64,000 bases of DNA from Thermodesulfovibrionales bacterium (GTDB taxonomy: Bacteria > Nitrospirota > Thermodesulfovibrionia > Thermodesulfovibrionales > SM23-35), in contig CAVQRT010000014.1 in assembly GCA_963715195.1 (NCBI GenBank), positions 30,333 to 94,332 on the forward strand. The letters run 5' to 3'. How positions within the stretch are numbered: position 1 is the stretch's first letter; the number at the start of each line of letters is the position of its first letter. The translations under genes and the position numbers were made by a program. Below are positions 42,012 through 52,588 of this stretch, piece after piece. Below the pieces are notes generated by a model, which saw only the letters and a program-made list of their open reading frames with translations, searched no databases and was not told where the DNA came from.

Positions 42012-42091
42012 ACAATTAAGTTCTTACTTAAACAATTAAGTCTTTACATTTTGGTGGGTCTAGCAAAAACTGGGGACAATTAAGTTCTTAC
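42012..42091. repeat. three copies of a 16-bp direct repeat ACAATTAAGTTCTTAC
   Basis: Copies at 42012-42027, 42032-42047 (variant ACAATTAAGTCTTTAC) and 42076-42091. Confidence 0.85.
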
Positions 42092-42383
42092 ATTTCTGAC
42101 CGTCATCTTACCCATCACCACTACTCACAGTTATCCGCAAAAACATTATTTCTCGATATCTATTCAATTCCCATTCTACTGAACAGGACTCAGAAAATCA
42201 GGGGCGTCACTTTCCATTTGAATGACACATAGCGAAAAACTGACGGGTTATTCAATCCGAGAAGAAATAAACGTTCTATGAGTAAATTTGCTATTAATGC
42301 GAAATAGAGCGAGTCGGGTATTGCCTCCACCTGCGAACAAACAAAATCTTTAAGCCGAAAAAATGATGACTTACAAGAGAATT

Positions 42384-42445
42384 GTTTAACGCTCCGCTTG
42401 AAGGGCATCGCTTCAGCGACGTTCCTCTCCAGGCGACTATTAGGC
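42384..42445 (-). other. attC-like integron cassette site (degenerate)
   Basis: Minus strand GCCTAAT-5nt-CCTGGAGA...TTCAAGC-5nt-GTTAAAC; 62-bp imperfect palindrome downstream of the MBL gene. Confidence 0.55.
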
Positions 42446-42503
42446 GTAATCATCGTTCATCGGCTCAGACCAGATTCCTATAATGCCGATAGATCTCGCG
42501 TGG

Positions 42504-43299
42504 TTAGCTCCCGCCCCTCGTCTGAGCCAATATCTGCTCCAGTGCCGTCTGGTTGGGAGTAACAAAAGGGGTCGAAGTAGGGACCCTCGCAAGCAACTCC
42601 AACAACTGTTCGGTCTTTCCTTGCGCCGGTGGCAAGTGTGCCGAGAGAGATCATTTTCGGGGCAATTTGACGAATTCTGTCCAGCGCTTGGCTGAATACG
42701 CTCGGCTCAACCATATGAACCCATGGGCTGTCCGCGCTGGCCCAGCTGATCATGCCTTGAGCCAGATCCCCCTCTGCAACATCATCGACATTCTGCGCCG
42801 GCGACGGGATGATGGCACCAAAGCAATCGGCAGAGAAAAAGGCTTCCGATTTGTTATCGTAGATACCGATAGTCGTCGGGTTATCGAACAGGGGCGGTCT
42901 GACGGCGGTCAGCTTACGGTCACCCACACTGATACTGTCTCCCGAATTCAGCCAGTAAACCCGATGCATGGGTACCGGCCAAGCCGTGCTCATCCTCAGC
43001 ACTGCTAAGGAGTTCGCCGCAAGCCGCGCGCTGGGTGCTGCTTCAAGAACCTTCTGAATGTTACCGGTATGATCTGCATCATCGTGGGTAAGCCACACCC
43101 ACTTCAAGTCTTGAGGATCAATGATCGACTCCAGAGCCTTCATGAACTCCTCACTCTCAATTCCCATTCCCGTGTCAACGAGGACCGGCTCTTTAGCCTT
43201 GATGACGAAGGCATTGACCGGAAGGAATCCCATACCGGGGATCGGGAAATGCGCGGGAAGGACCTCGATATCTGGCATCGCTTGATAGGGTTTATCCAT
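42504..43299 (-). CDS. MBL-fold protein (FprA/ODP-like), frameshifted near 42650
   Basis: LVDTG, THDDADHTG, FSADCFG; one extra base in the TCTCTC run, after which the other frame reads SAHLPPAQGKTEQLL...GGS*. Confidence 0.8.
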
Positions 43300-43630
43300 T
43301 GGACACTCCTCCTTTCGTGGTTTTTAACTCAGACTTCCTGTTATTACGATAAGTAAGGTGGGCGACGGAATCCAGCTTTCGTTCATCACCAGAAATCTAC
43401 AAGAAACAGGGCGAGGCAAACTCACTCATTCTGTTTATATTTATTTAGATCTAACCTTCTGGAGAACAAATAGTTTTCTACATACCTTACTGTCGTCATC
43501 TATGAAGTATTTTAAAGCGGCTTGTTCCGCTTTAAACTTGTAATGTTTCGTACACACATTTACAAACTGAGGATCACGAATAAAAGATAATTTGTGTTTT
43601 CAGTTCTTTATACAGGCCGCCCGTTAGCTT

Positions 43631-44143
43631 CTAATAAACAGGGACTAAGGAGTATCCTTTGGATTGGTACCCGATTACTGATATCCAACCATTATGTACT
43701 TGCTTAATTTCTGGCAAAATAAATGAGGCCTTTACATTAAAAAAATTTGCAGCAACCATACATATTTCAAAATCTATTCCCTCCTTTGACATCATTTTGA
43801 TTGTATCAGCAATTTCATCAAGAATCTTTTTGTCTTCAGCCGAAAAGCCTTCTTTGTTTTTTGATACAAGTTTCACTGCAGGACCAATAAATACAACTAC
43901 AAAAGCAGGTTTTTCGGAAATTGCTGTAATTTTCTTGTCTTTAGAGGTATCGTGGATTAAATTGAGAAGTCCTGCAGCACTTTTCGCACTGCCTGTCCTT
44001 ACATCGAAAACTGCTTTAATAGATTCTAAACCATGCAATGCTTTGTACTCTTCGCCAGAAACATTAGCAACCATAGTGCATAATAAAAAGGTCGATAGGA
44101 ATAGACATATCCCTATCTTTTTAATTCCTCTTTTCATGTTCAT
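43631..44143 (-). CDS. exported DsrE/DsrF-like protein
   Basis: Signal peptide, KAVFDV, VVFIGPAV, single Cys in EICMVA, YQSKGY. Confidence 0.75.
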   Translation of the reverse strand: MNMKRGIKKIGICLFLSTFLLCTMVANVSGEEYKALHGLESIKAVFDVRTGSAKSAAGLLNLIHDTSKDKKITAISEKPAFVVVFIGPAVKLVSKNKEGFSAEDKKILDEIADTIKMMSKEGIDFEICMVAANFFNVKASFILPEIKQVHNGWISVIGYQSKGYSLVPVY

Positions 44144-44444
44144 CCCCCTTAGAGTTTGTTGAAAAATTGATTGACCTTAAATCTCTTCCCCCTTAGAAGA
44201 ACTTCTATACAAAAGCATAGTCGAAAATTATTAATTGTCAACCGAAAGTAATTTATCGAGAAATAGCAAAAATATAATTTGTAATTTATCCATGAAGTTG
44301 ACAGAAGAATTATTTGTTTCAGTTGTAATTGAAATGTTCTCTAATTTTCAAGAGATGTGTATTTAGGAAGTATGTTTGTCTCTCAAGACTATCAGTAATT
44401 CTGCATCTTTCGCCCCAAAGGAAACATACCATTTCCCCTTTGAT

Positions 44445-45545
44445 TTATTTCAGAGTCAACATCGGATAGTCGGTATAACCTTTTTCACCAGACGTGTAGA
44501 AGGTTTGTTCATCCCACTTTGCCAGTTTAGCATTGAGTTCAAATCGCTTGGGCAGGTCAGGATTAGAAATAAATAGTTTTCCAAAAGCTACCAGGTCAGC
44601 CAGACCCTCTTCGATTACTTTATTTCCTTTTTCCTGATCAAAATTATTGTTGATGATCAAAGTTCCCTTATATTTAGGTCTGTACCGCTTGGCAATATTA
44701 GGTTCTGCATAAGGGACATTCGTCACATCTGTAAATGGCTCTGACAAATCTACGTAAGCCAGATTATAATCATTCAACTGCTCTACGATATAATCAAAGG
44801 TCGGAATGGTTTCCTCGTCGAGTGTCATCCCAAAGGCTCCGTGCAGCGACGGATTTAGGCGTACCCCAATATGGTTTTCTGGCATTACCTTCTTTATTTC
44901 ATCGATGACTTCAAAAAGGATTTTAGCCCTGTTCTCGATAGATCCACCATAGTCATCAGTTCTAATATTAGAAGTCCTGTTGAAAAACTGGTGCAAAAGG
45001 TATCCGTTAGAGGCATGGATCTCAATACCATCAAAACCTGCATCCATGGCATTTTTGGCACCTTGCCGGAAATCCTGAACCGTTTGCTTGATATCATTAA
45101 TCGTCATCGCTTTGGGTGTTACTGTATCTTTAAATCCTTTGGGAGTATAAGACTTTTCGTTAGGATTTAACGCTGAAGGTGCAAGGGGAAGTTCACCATT
45201 ATGAAAATCCGGATGGGACATTCTGCCTACATGCCAGAGCTGTAAAAATATTTTTCCTTCCTTATCATGAACCGCTTTGGTTACCTTCTTCCAGCCCTCT
45301 ACCTGGGCTGTAGAGTAAATTCCTGGAGTGTTGATATAACCTACTGCTCTTTTTGATATTTGTGAACCTTCAGTGATAATGAACCCGGCAGAAGCTCTTT
45401 GCTCATAATATTTAGCCATAAGATCTGTTGGGGCATTCTCAGGATTATTGGCTCTGCTTCTGGTCATTGGTGCCATAACTACTCTGTTTCGTAGCTTGAT
45501 GTCACCCATAATATACTCTTTTAAAAGCGCCTGTTCTTTAGACAT
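44445..45545 (-). CDS. old yellow enzyme / alkene reductase (NemA-like)
   Basis: NRVVMAPMTRSRA, QLWHVGR, EIHASNGYL, RTDDYGGS, GYTDYP. Confidence 0.95.
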   Translation of the reverse strand: MSKEQALLKEYIMGDIKLRNRVVMAPMTRSRANNPENAPTDLMAKYYEQRASAGFIITEGSQISKRAVGYINTPGIYSTAQVEGWKKVTKAVHDKEGKIFLQLWHVGRMSHPDFHNGELPLAPSALNPNEKSYTPKGFKDTVTPKAMTINDIKQTVQDFRQGAKNAMDAGFDGIEIHASNGYLLHQFFNRTSNIRTDDYGGSIENRAKILFEVIDEIKKVMPENHIGVRLNPSLHGAFGMTLDEETIPTFDYIVEQLNDYNLAYVDLSEPFTDVTNVPYAEPNIAKRYRPKYKGTLIINNNFDQEKGNKVIEEGLADLVAFGKLFISNPDLPKRFELNAKLAKWDEQTFYTSGEKGYTDYPMLTLK

Positions 45546-45627
45546 TCAAATAGTTACCGGTTAATAATCTATACCATTTTTGAATATTTTAAGAAAGTAA
45601 AGAAGTATAGGAAGGAGAAAAGGTATA

Positions 45628-45810
45628 TTATTTGAGCCCGATCTTTTTCCAAAACATAAGTCCAGGGCAAATCCCTGTTATCCCTGCCAAAGTAAATAAA
45701 ATAACGGGCACATAAAGGAACCAATGAACCTTATCAAAACCTGTTAACCATATCCCTATAAATACTGTTAAAGCAACTGATATGAATTGTGCTCTTAGAG
45801 CTGAAGACAT
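45628..45810 (-). CDS. small membrane protein (DUF2892/YgaP-like)
   Basis: Two TM segments, GITGICPG, AGGAGG RBS. Confidence 0.7.
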   Translation of the reverse strand: MSSALRAQFISVALTVFIGIWLTGFDKVHWFLYVPVILFTLAGITGICPGLMFWKKIGLK

Positions 45811-45914
45811 AGTAATCCTCCTTTATCAATTACCTTTTGTACTTAATACAATTATATCAGGTTTCATAGATGAGGACTTCAGGATGGACTTTCCTCGAAA
45901 AAGTGGACACCGAA

Positions 45915-46769
45915 TTAAGTTACACTAAGAGCCTTTTCATACTGCACGGGACTCTTATACCCTAATGCCGAATGCTTTCTAGTACGATTATAAAACACTT
46001 CCACATACTCAAAGATGCTTAAGCTTGCATCTTCCCGTGTCTGATACTTCTCACCGTGGACTAAATCCTTCTTCAGTGTTGCAAAAAAGGATTCTATGTA
46101 TGCATTATCATAACAATGCCCCTTTCTACTCATACTGGAGAGAATATGGTATTTCTGAAGAAGTCCCTGATACGCATATGTTGCGTACTGCCTGCCACGA
46201 TCAGAATGATGGACCAGCCCTTCTGCAGGGGGGCCACTCTCTAATGCCTGCCTCAGTGCTGCCATAACCAGTTCCTGCGACAGTTCATCTCTCAGAGAAA
46301 ATCCTATGATCTTCCTGGTCCTTACATTCATGACTGCTGAAAGATACAACCATCCCTCACGAGTACGAATAAACGTGATATCAGATACCCATAAACGCTC
46401 TGTCTGCTTATTTGCAATGAGCAGATTCGGAGCTATAGGATACCCATGCTGTGAGTCTGTCGTCTTCTTGAATTTCCTTTTTATCTTTACCCGAATACCG
46501 CTATCCCTCATGATCCTGGCTACTCGGTTCTTGCCACATGCTATCCCCTGTTCATGGAGTGTATCTGTAATCCGTGGACTCCCGTAGGTCTTCCGGCTGT
46601 CCCTGTAAACTTCCCGAATACGTTCTAAAAGCTCTTTATTGGCTTCTTCTCGCCTGCTCGGCCTTCGCGTCCTCCATGCGTAATAGCCACTTCGAGATAC
46701 CTTCAAGACCTTGGACATTCTCTTCAACTTAAATACTCTTCGGTGCTCATCCATGAACAGATACTTCAT
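45915..46769 (-). CDS. IS3 transposase OrfB (DDE)
   Basis: YGSPR, WVSDIT, HHSDRGRQY, DNAYIESFF, YNRTRKHSALG. Confidence 0.95.
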   Translation of the reverse strand: MKYLFMDEHRRVFKLKRMSKVLKVSRSGYYAWRTRRPSRREEANKELLERIREVYRDSRKTYGSPRITDTLHEQGIACGKNRVARIMRDSGIRVKIKRKFKKTTDSQHGYPIAPNLLIANKQTERLWVSDITFIRTREGWLYLSAVMNVRTRKIIGFSLRDELSQELVMAALRQALESGPPAEGLVHHSDRGRQYATYAYQGLLQKYHILSSMSRKGHCYDNAYIESFFATLKKDLVHGEKYQTREDASLSIFEYVEVFYNRTRKHSALGYKSPVQYEKALSVT

Positions 46770-47074
46770 CCTTGTTGTTTGGAGAAGACGGCCAACGCTT
46801 TTTTTAAAATATCACGCTCCTCTTCAACCTCTACTAGCTTCTTCCGCAACTTCTTCAACTCCGCGTCCTCTGGCTGTGGATTCCCTTTCCCGACAAAAGC
46901 AGCTTCGCCCTTTTGAAAGTACTTCTTTCTCCATTGATGGAGGAGTTGTGGATGAATATCAAGATCTCGGGCTACTTTGCCTACCGGTAATCCCTTGTCG
47001 GTTACCAATTTCACTGCATTTCTCTTATACTCGATTGTGAAATGACGACGGTTGCTCTCTTTTGTCATGAACAC
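46766..47074 (-). CDS. IS3 transposase OrfA (HTH)
   Basis: EYKRNAVKLV..VARDLDI; EERDILKKA containing an A7 slippery run. Confidence 0.93.
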   Translation of the reverse strand: MFMTKESNRRHFTIEYKRNAVKLVTDKGLPVGKVARDLDIHPQLLHQWRKKYFQKGEAAFVGKGNPQPEDAELKKLRKKLVEVEEERDILKKALAVFSKQQG

Positions 47075-47212
47075 CTCCTATCAGATAATACTAACTATTA
47101 GGAGTGTCCATCAATTCAGGGGAAGTCCAAACTTAAAGCTTCAAGCCCAATCCCTTAAGTCTTTGAGTGATCTTATGGAAGGGGTCATTTGAATTTAGTA
47201 ATATACTAGAAT

Positions 47213-47474
47213 ATGACTCGTAGATTACCTGAAGAATTAGAAGACAAAGAACTCATCCCCGGTTTGAGACTTTCTGATGCTAAGAAGATCGAAACAGTTT
47301 TTGACAATGCAGGTATTGATTATACTTTTGAAATCACTCCTATTACGGCTAAAAGCGTCCTCAGTATTTGGGAGTACCAAAAAGGGTGTAATGTTTCTGG
47401 TGCCTTCAGAAAAATATGAATCTTGCAGAAACTTGATAACGAACGAAGGACTTTCAGGTTTTATCGTTCAATGA
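47213..47474 (+). pseudogene. small hypothetical protein split by a frameshift
   Basis: MTRRLPEE..DNAGIDY..KSVLS continues in another frame as FGSTKKGVMFLVPSEKYESCRNLI. Confidence 0.45.
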
Positions 47475-48486
47475 TCCCTTTCAGCTCTGTTTAATTTTTA
47501 AAAATATTTTTTCAGCTGAATAAATTTGGGGTGGGGAGATTCCAAAACCAACTTTTTCAGTTCAGGAACTGATAGAAGAATTTAAAAACCTTCACTTCAC
47601 ATTTTTCATTTTATGTATTATCCATTTCCCTACGAAGGCTTTCAATAACAACTTGTACATCATAAACACCTTTAATAATTATCGGCTCATGGCTCATATA
47701 AAGAATAAGAGAGCCGATAATGCAAATGGTGCTTCGATTATATTTGCTTTGTAAGAAATTTCGTTGTAGCTCGCTAGAGGTGGTCGGGTTTGTTTTACTG
47801 AGACTCCCTGATAGCAGGCGAAGTTGAGATAAAATCGATTTCATAGGTGGTCATTAGATTCCAGAGCAGGTGTGCGAGTTCCATAAATAATAAATGGGAT
47901 AGAGAAAATAATTCCGAATGGAAGAGTTTGAATAATAATTGAGCGTAGTATATCTATTTTCATAATCTGACGGGTGACTTCCTGAGAAATTATTGGTGAG
48001 TATTTAATTAGGAAGAAAGAATGAATAAAGCACAATAAATAGATGGGTAGGAACGAGATAAAGGCTGGTTTTCTTTTATAATAAAAAAGAGGATTTTTCC
48101 ACCTTGTACTACCTCCTTTGACGTTTACTGCAAATAATTGTACCACTGCTGAAGTTTTTTGATGTAAAAATTTCTATTTGGGCTGTACATCTTAATTGAG
48201 AGCTTCAATGTGTGCGAATCACAGCAAGGCATCTTGCCGCAATATTTCCAAAGGTAGTCTTGACCGAACAAATAATAGAGAAGGCTGAATGTTTGGATGG
48301 GAAATAAACGATGTCAAAAAATGCAGGGGTGAGGACTGCTATGTGGTACAGGCATTTTCGCCCGAGTGAACAATTCGGAGTCCTTCTTCATCCTATACGT
48401 AACAAAGCCTACTTTTTCTTTTAATATTAGTTAGTTACAACTATACTCATCACGTCTATTTTTCGTAATCCTATGGCCTTCCTTTA

Positions 48487-49420
48487 TCAGTTTGTCCATC
48501 TATTATTGTCCGGAGCTGCGGAAGACACCTTCGTTGATGAATCGTTATTTCTTATCGGTTGTGTCCTCTCCAGTACAAAATGGCTTTATAGTAATCCCTC
48601 TGAACTTTAAGATTTGAGACTCTGCAGTAGCATTGCGTTGTTGTAATCCTGCTATGACCCAGCAGATCCTGAATGGTAACGAGCTCGGCATCTGCATTCA
48701 ACAATTGCGTTGCCATCGTGTGCCTCAGTTGATGGCAGGATACGTATTCCGGCGCTCCGTGCGTAGTATTCAATCCTCTTTTGGATGCCGCGAACTGATA
48801 TCGGCTTTCCCCTCTGCGTCCCCTTTTGTACCAAGAACACTCTTTTCTCCTTCGACCATCTCCGCTTGTGCATGTATTCTTCCAAGGCACTCTTCGCATC
48901 TTCACTCAGATAGACGACCCTCCCTTTACCACCTTTTCCGTTGAAGATATACAGCTGTCTGTTGCGATACTCTATCGCAGAGACCGTGAGTCGTGCAACC
49001 TCTTCAACCCGTAACCCACATCTGAGCATAACCATGAAGATGGCCCGATCTCTGACATCGTTGATCTTTCTGAAGAGTGTTGTAATCTCTTCGTCTCGGA
49101 GATGCTTGGGAAGTGGCGGGCAGACGAAGCCGGTAATTCTTCTTGATCGGATTAACCATGGGCATCCCCTCATCTTCTATCAGATGGTCGTAAAAAGCGT
49201 GGATGCAGCTGAAATGACAGTTGATGGTTTTTGGTTTTTTTCTCCTTCTCAGGAGATGATCCATATACCTCGGCTTCTTGGAGGTCACCTGCTCAATGGG
49301 AATCTTCAGCCAGTTCATGAAATGATCAAGCATATTGACATAGTTTTTCACGGTGTGTGTCGAATAGTTCCTTCTCTTCAGGAACCTCCTGTACCCGGCA
49401 ATAAGATCAGTATGCTCCAT
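48487..49420 (-). pseudogene. tyrosine recombinase B (frameshifted)
   Basis: SAM-like N-terminus, RDRAIFMVMLRCGLRVEE, HQLRHTMAT, LLGHSRITTTQCY spread over several frames. Confidence 0.88.
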
Positions 49421-50040
49421 GAATACCTCCCTGTTCGATAATCGCCATCGCACGGAAGTATTCCTCTTCGCGGCTTTTATCGGTAAGACGAGCATATCGC
49501 CGAGTTATCTCTATGGTACGGTGGCCTAAAAGCAGTTGAAGATATTCCAGGCGCATCCCAGCATTAAGCAGTTCGCTCGCAAACGTATGGCGAAGACTGT
49601 GGATCGTATACCCTTTGTGCTGCAGCCCCGCAGCCTTTATGCACCTTACAAAAATATTGCGGGCTTGCGTGTATCCTAAATGGTTATCCCGCGACCTTGG
49701 AACAGATATTGTCTTTTCAGCTCTGCTCTGCCAATCCATAGCCTGATGGCCATGAGTGCATCATCGCTGAGATATACGACTCGCCCAAGACAGTTCTTTT
49801 CTCCCTCATAGATGTGTATCTTTCTCTCCCTGATATCCAGGTCCCTTACTTGCAGGCGAAGGAGGACTTCGCCGATTTCATCCCCGTCGCAAAAGAACCA
49901 ATATCAGCGCACGATCACGTGCTTTATCAATACAACCGAGTAACTTTTCTGACATCAGCCGGTGCAATGGCCCTTGGCAGGAATCCGGTGCCTTGAGCTT
50001 GATCTTCCGTTTGAGTATGCGCCCATCAATGATCTCCTGA
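49407..50040 (-). pseudogene. tyrosine recombinase A (N-terminally truncated, frameshifted)
   Basis: HSLRHTFASELL, LLGHRTIEITRRYARL. Confidence 0.88.
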
Positions 50041-50969
50041 TTGCCTCTTCAAGCGCCTCAGTGCAGAATGAGGCATCCAGGGTATTTGATAGCCTCCACG
50101 CCAACACCTTCCGGCTTGCCCAGTCCATAACTGCCACAAGGTAACAGAAGCCTCTGGCCATCGGCAGATAGGTTATGTCTGCTGCCCAGCAGTGATTGCC
50201 TTGCTGATCTCCAACCTCGCAGAAGATACGGATAGACTTTGTGACCCGGATGAGGAATAGAGAGCCGGGGCTTCTGGTATAACGCCTCTATCCCCATCTT
50301 CTTCATCAGAGTGCTCACATGTCCTCTGCCTACGTCATGTCCGAGGTCCCGAAGTTGATTCCGGATACTCCGGCTGCCCATAAAGGGATATTTCAGATGA
50401 ATCTCATCGATCAGCCTCATCAGTTCAAGATCACGCGCACTGATCGGTACAGCCTCGTAATACAGGCTCGAACGCGATAGTTGCAAGTATCTCACTCTGT
50501 CTGGTCAAGGACAACGGATGTTCCCGGTCGATCATTTCCTTGCGCTCGGCTCGGCTATTCGCCCGAGCGCGACTGATAAAAAATCATTCTCTATGGCAAG
50601 TTGCCCAATCTTGGCATGCAGTTCCTTGATGCTTGGCCCTTCTGTGTGTCTTCTTATCCTTTGCAAATACTTCCTCTGCTCGCTCTAAAAGTTGTTTCTT
50701 CCATTCAGTGATCTGGTTCGGGTGTACCTGGAAGCGTTCTGACAACTCAACTATGGTCTGCTCCCCCTTGATTGCCTCTAATGCTACCTTTGCCTTGAAT
50801 GCTGCCCCGTGGTTCCTTCTCGGTCTTTTCATCTTAGCCGCTCCTTTTTGGTCTTTATAGGGTCAAACAGCAAAACCGGCTTCGCCATTTCCCCTATACG
50901 GGGCCATCAGAGCATTCTCGATCTCTGATACCCCATCTTGTTCCTATTTTAGAGCAGCGTTACCACTTA
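50041..50969 (-). mobile_element. truncated, frameshifted IS3-family element
   Basis: orfA MKRPRRNHGAAFKAKVALEA (50584-50832); orfB fragments GSRS, YPYLLR, WAADITY, CYLVAVMDWASRKVL ending at EALEEAI; upstream end position uncertain. Confidence 0.85.
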
Positions 50970-51000
50970 TGTCCTTGTCCAGTTTTTCCCGGCCAGCTCT

Positions 51001-51361
51001 GTCTGCAGCGCGTGCCTCACAGCGCCAGGCGGAAGAGGCCTTGGCGAACCTGAAGCAAATAGTCAGACTAGACGTAATGCTGGCAGCAAACGAGCTAGAA
51101 CGAGCCCGTCAGCAAATTTTTGCATCAAAGACAACCCGTATCCTGCAAGAAGAGACTTTAAAAGCTGAAAAGGAACGTTTCGATGTTGGATCAAGCACCA
51201 CGCTTCTAGTTGCGCAGGCTCAACGCGATCTTTTGCTAAGTAGTATTGTTGAAGTCAAGGCGATCGTTAATTACCGCATCGCTCTCATTGGGCTTTACCA
51301 AGCAGAGGGGAGTTTGCTTGAACGCCGAGGTGTGAGTCTTCCCATTGGTAATATCAAGTAA
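51001..51361 (+). pseudogene. C-terminal fragment of a TolC-family outer membrane protein
   Basis: KAEKERFDVGSSTTLLVAQAQRDL OEP-like motif; 5' part replaced by IS sequence. Confidence 0.75.
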
Positions 51362-51557
51362 TCCTATCCAGAATAAAATATAAATCTATGAATACATAAT
51401 TCTCGTTCTCAAAAAAACATTATTATTTATTTTTCTTTGAAAAAGTTTCACCTGAATGTGTCTTTGATGAAGCTATACGTAACAAAATAGATTGATTCTT
51501 AGAGCCGTCTAGGGGTCATGATTAATCCTGCTTTTTCAATGAGAAAGAGGAGGAGCA

Positions 51558-52588
51558 ATGACCCAGTCAAGTGCAATTCTTAGAGGCAATCATCTGTGAA
51601 ATCGCAGCAGTAAATTTTAACAGCGTAGCAGTCTCTCCTAAAGTAGCAGACTCTCCTATTGATCGCATTCTTAAAAGGATCTTAGTATTGGATCTTCCCG
51701 GCAGCGAGCATTTTGAGAATTACATGCGCTACAAGTGGAGAATGAATCACAAGCCAAGCACTCTTCAGGGCAGCTTCATTGCTGTGAGTTCTTTTCTCAC
51801 TTTTCTATGCAGGCCTTGGTAAGAACCAACTACAAGAGATTGTCAGCGGTGATATTGAAGCATTTGTAGAACATGAGCAGGACAGAGGGCTCAAAATCAC
51901 AACGATCGTGACACGGGTTAAGCAATTGTGGGCTTTTCTGAGGTTTCTGTTTGATCAGGATATTATTGATGGACGCATACTTAAACGTAAAATCAAACTG
52001 AAGGTTCCCGAATTTCTGCCGAGGGCTATTGCACCCGGCGATATAAGAAAGATTCTTGATGTCATTAAGGACAGTCGTGACCGTGCCCTGATCCTCGTGC
52101 TCTTACGAACGGGCATGAGAATAGGTGAAGTGCTTGGCTTGAAGATGATAGATCTTGATGTCCAGGAGAGGAAGATACACATTTATGAGGGCGAAAAGAA
52201 CTGCCTTGGACGAGTGGTATATCTCAGCGATGATGCTCTGATGGCCATAAAACTTTGGCTCCCTAAAAGAGATCCGACAAAAGAATATCTCTTTCCCGGC
52301 CTAAGGAATGGCATTATGTTACACTTCAGGCCCGGAATATCTTTAGACGATATTTGAGGGAAGCAGGGCTTCAACACAAAGGCTATACAATCCACAGTCT
52401 TCGGCATACCTTTGCAAGCGAACTGCTCAATGCCGGCATGCGCCTGGAATGTCTGCAAGTGCTGATGGGTCATCACGACATAGAAATAACCCGGCGGTAT
52501 GGCTCGTCTTACCGATAAGAGCCGCGAAGAGGAATACTTCCGAGCTATGGAAATCATCGAGCAGGGAGGCATTCATGGAGCTTACTGA
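51558..52588 (+). pseudogene. tyrosine recombinase A (several frameshifts)
   Basis: AGGAGGAG RBS; RDRALILVLLRTGMRIGE, HSLRHTFASELL, LMGHHDIEITRRY across frames. Confidence 0.88.

Larger units (their letters stand above)
45885..47129 (-). mobile_element. IS3-family insertion sequence, apparently complete
   Basis: TG...CA ends; imperfect IRs tggactttcctcgaaaaagtggacac / gtgtccatcaattcaggggaagtcca; orfA plus orfB; no target duplication seen. Confidence 0.92.
48393..50040 (-). mobile_element. truncated copy of the dual tyrosine-recombinase element
   Basis: End motif CTATACGTAACAAA at 48393-48406; homologous to 51473-53614 in the opposite orientation; 5' part lost at about 50040. Confidence 0.8.

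Noticed and set aside
42012..42091. Possible CRISPR array
   Set aside because: Repeats are only 16 bp with spacers of 4 and 28 nt, and no cas genes are present.
43449..43630. ATCTAAC...GTTAGCT as a second attC
   Set aside because: About 180 bp apart with no convincing internal complementarity.
47611..48146. Two AT-rich minus-strand ORFs
   Set aside because: No motifs or clear RBS; possibly fragments of a membrane-protein gene, but not supportable.
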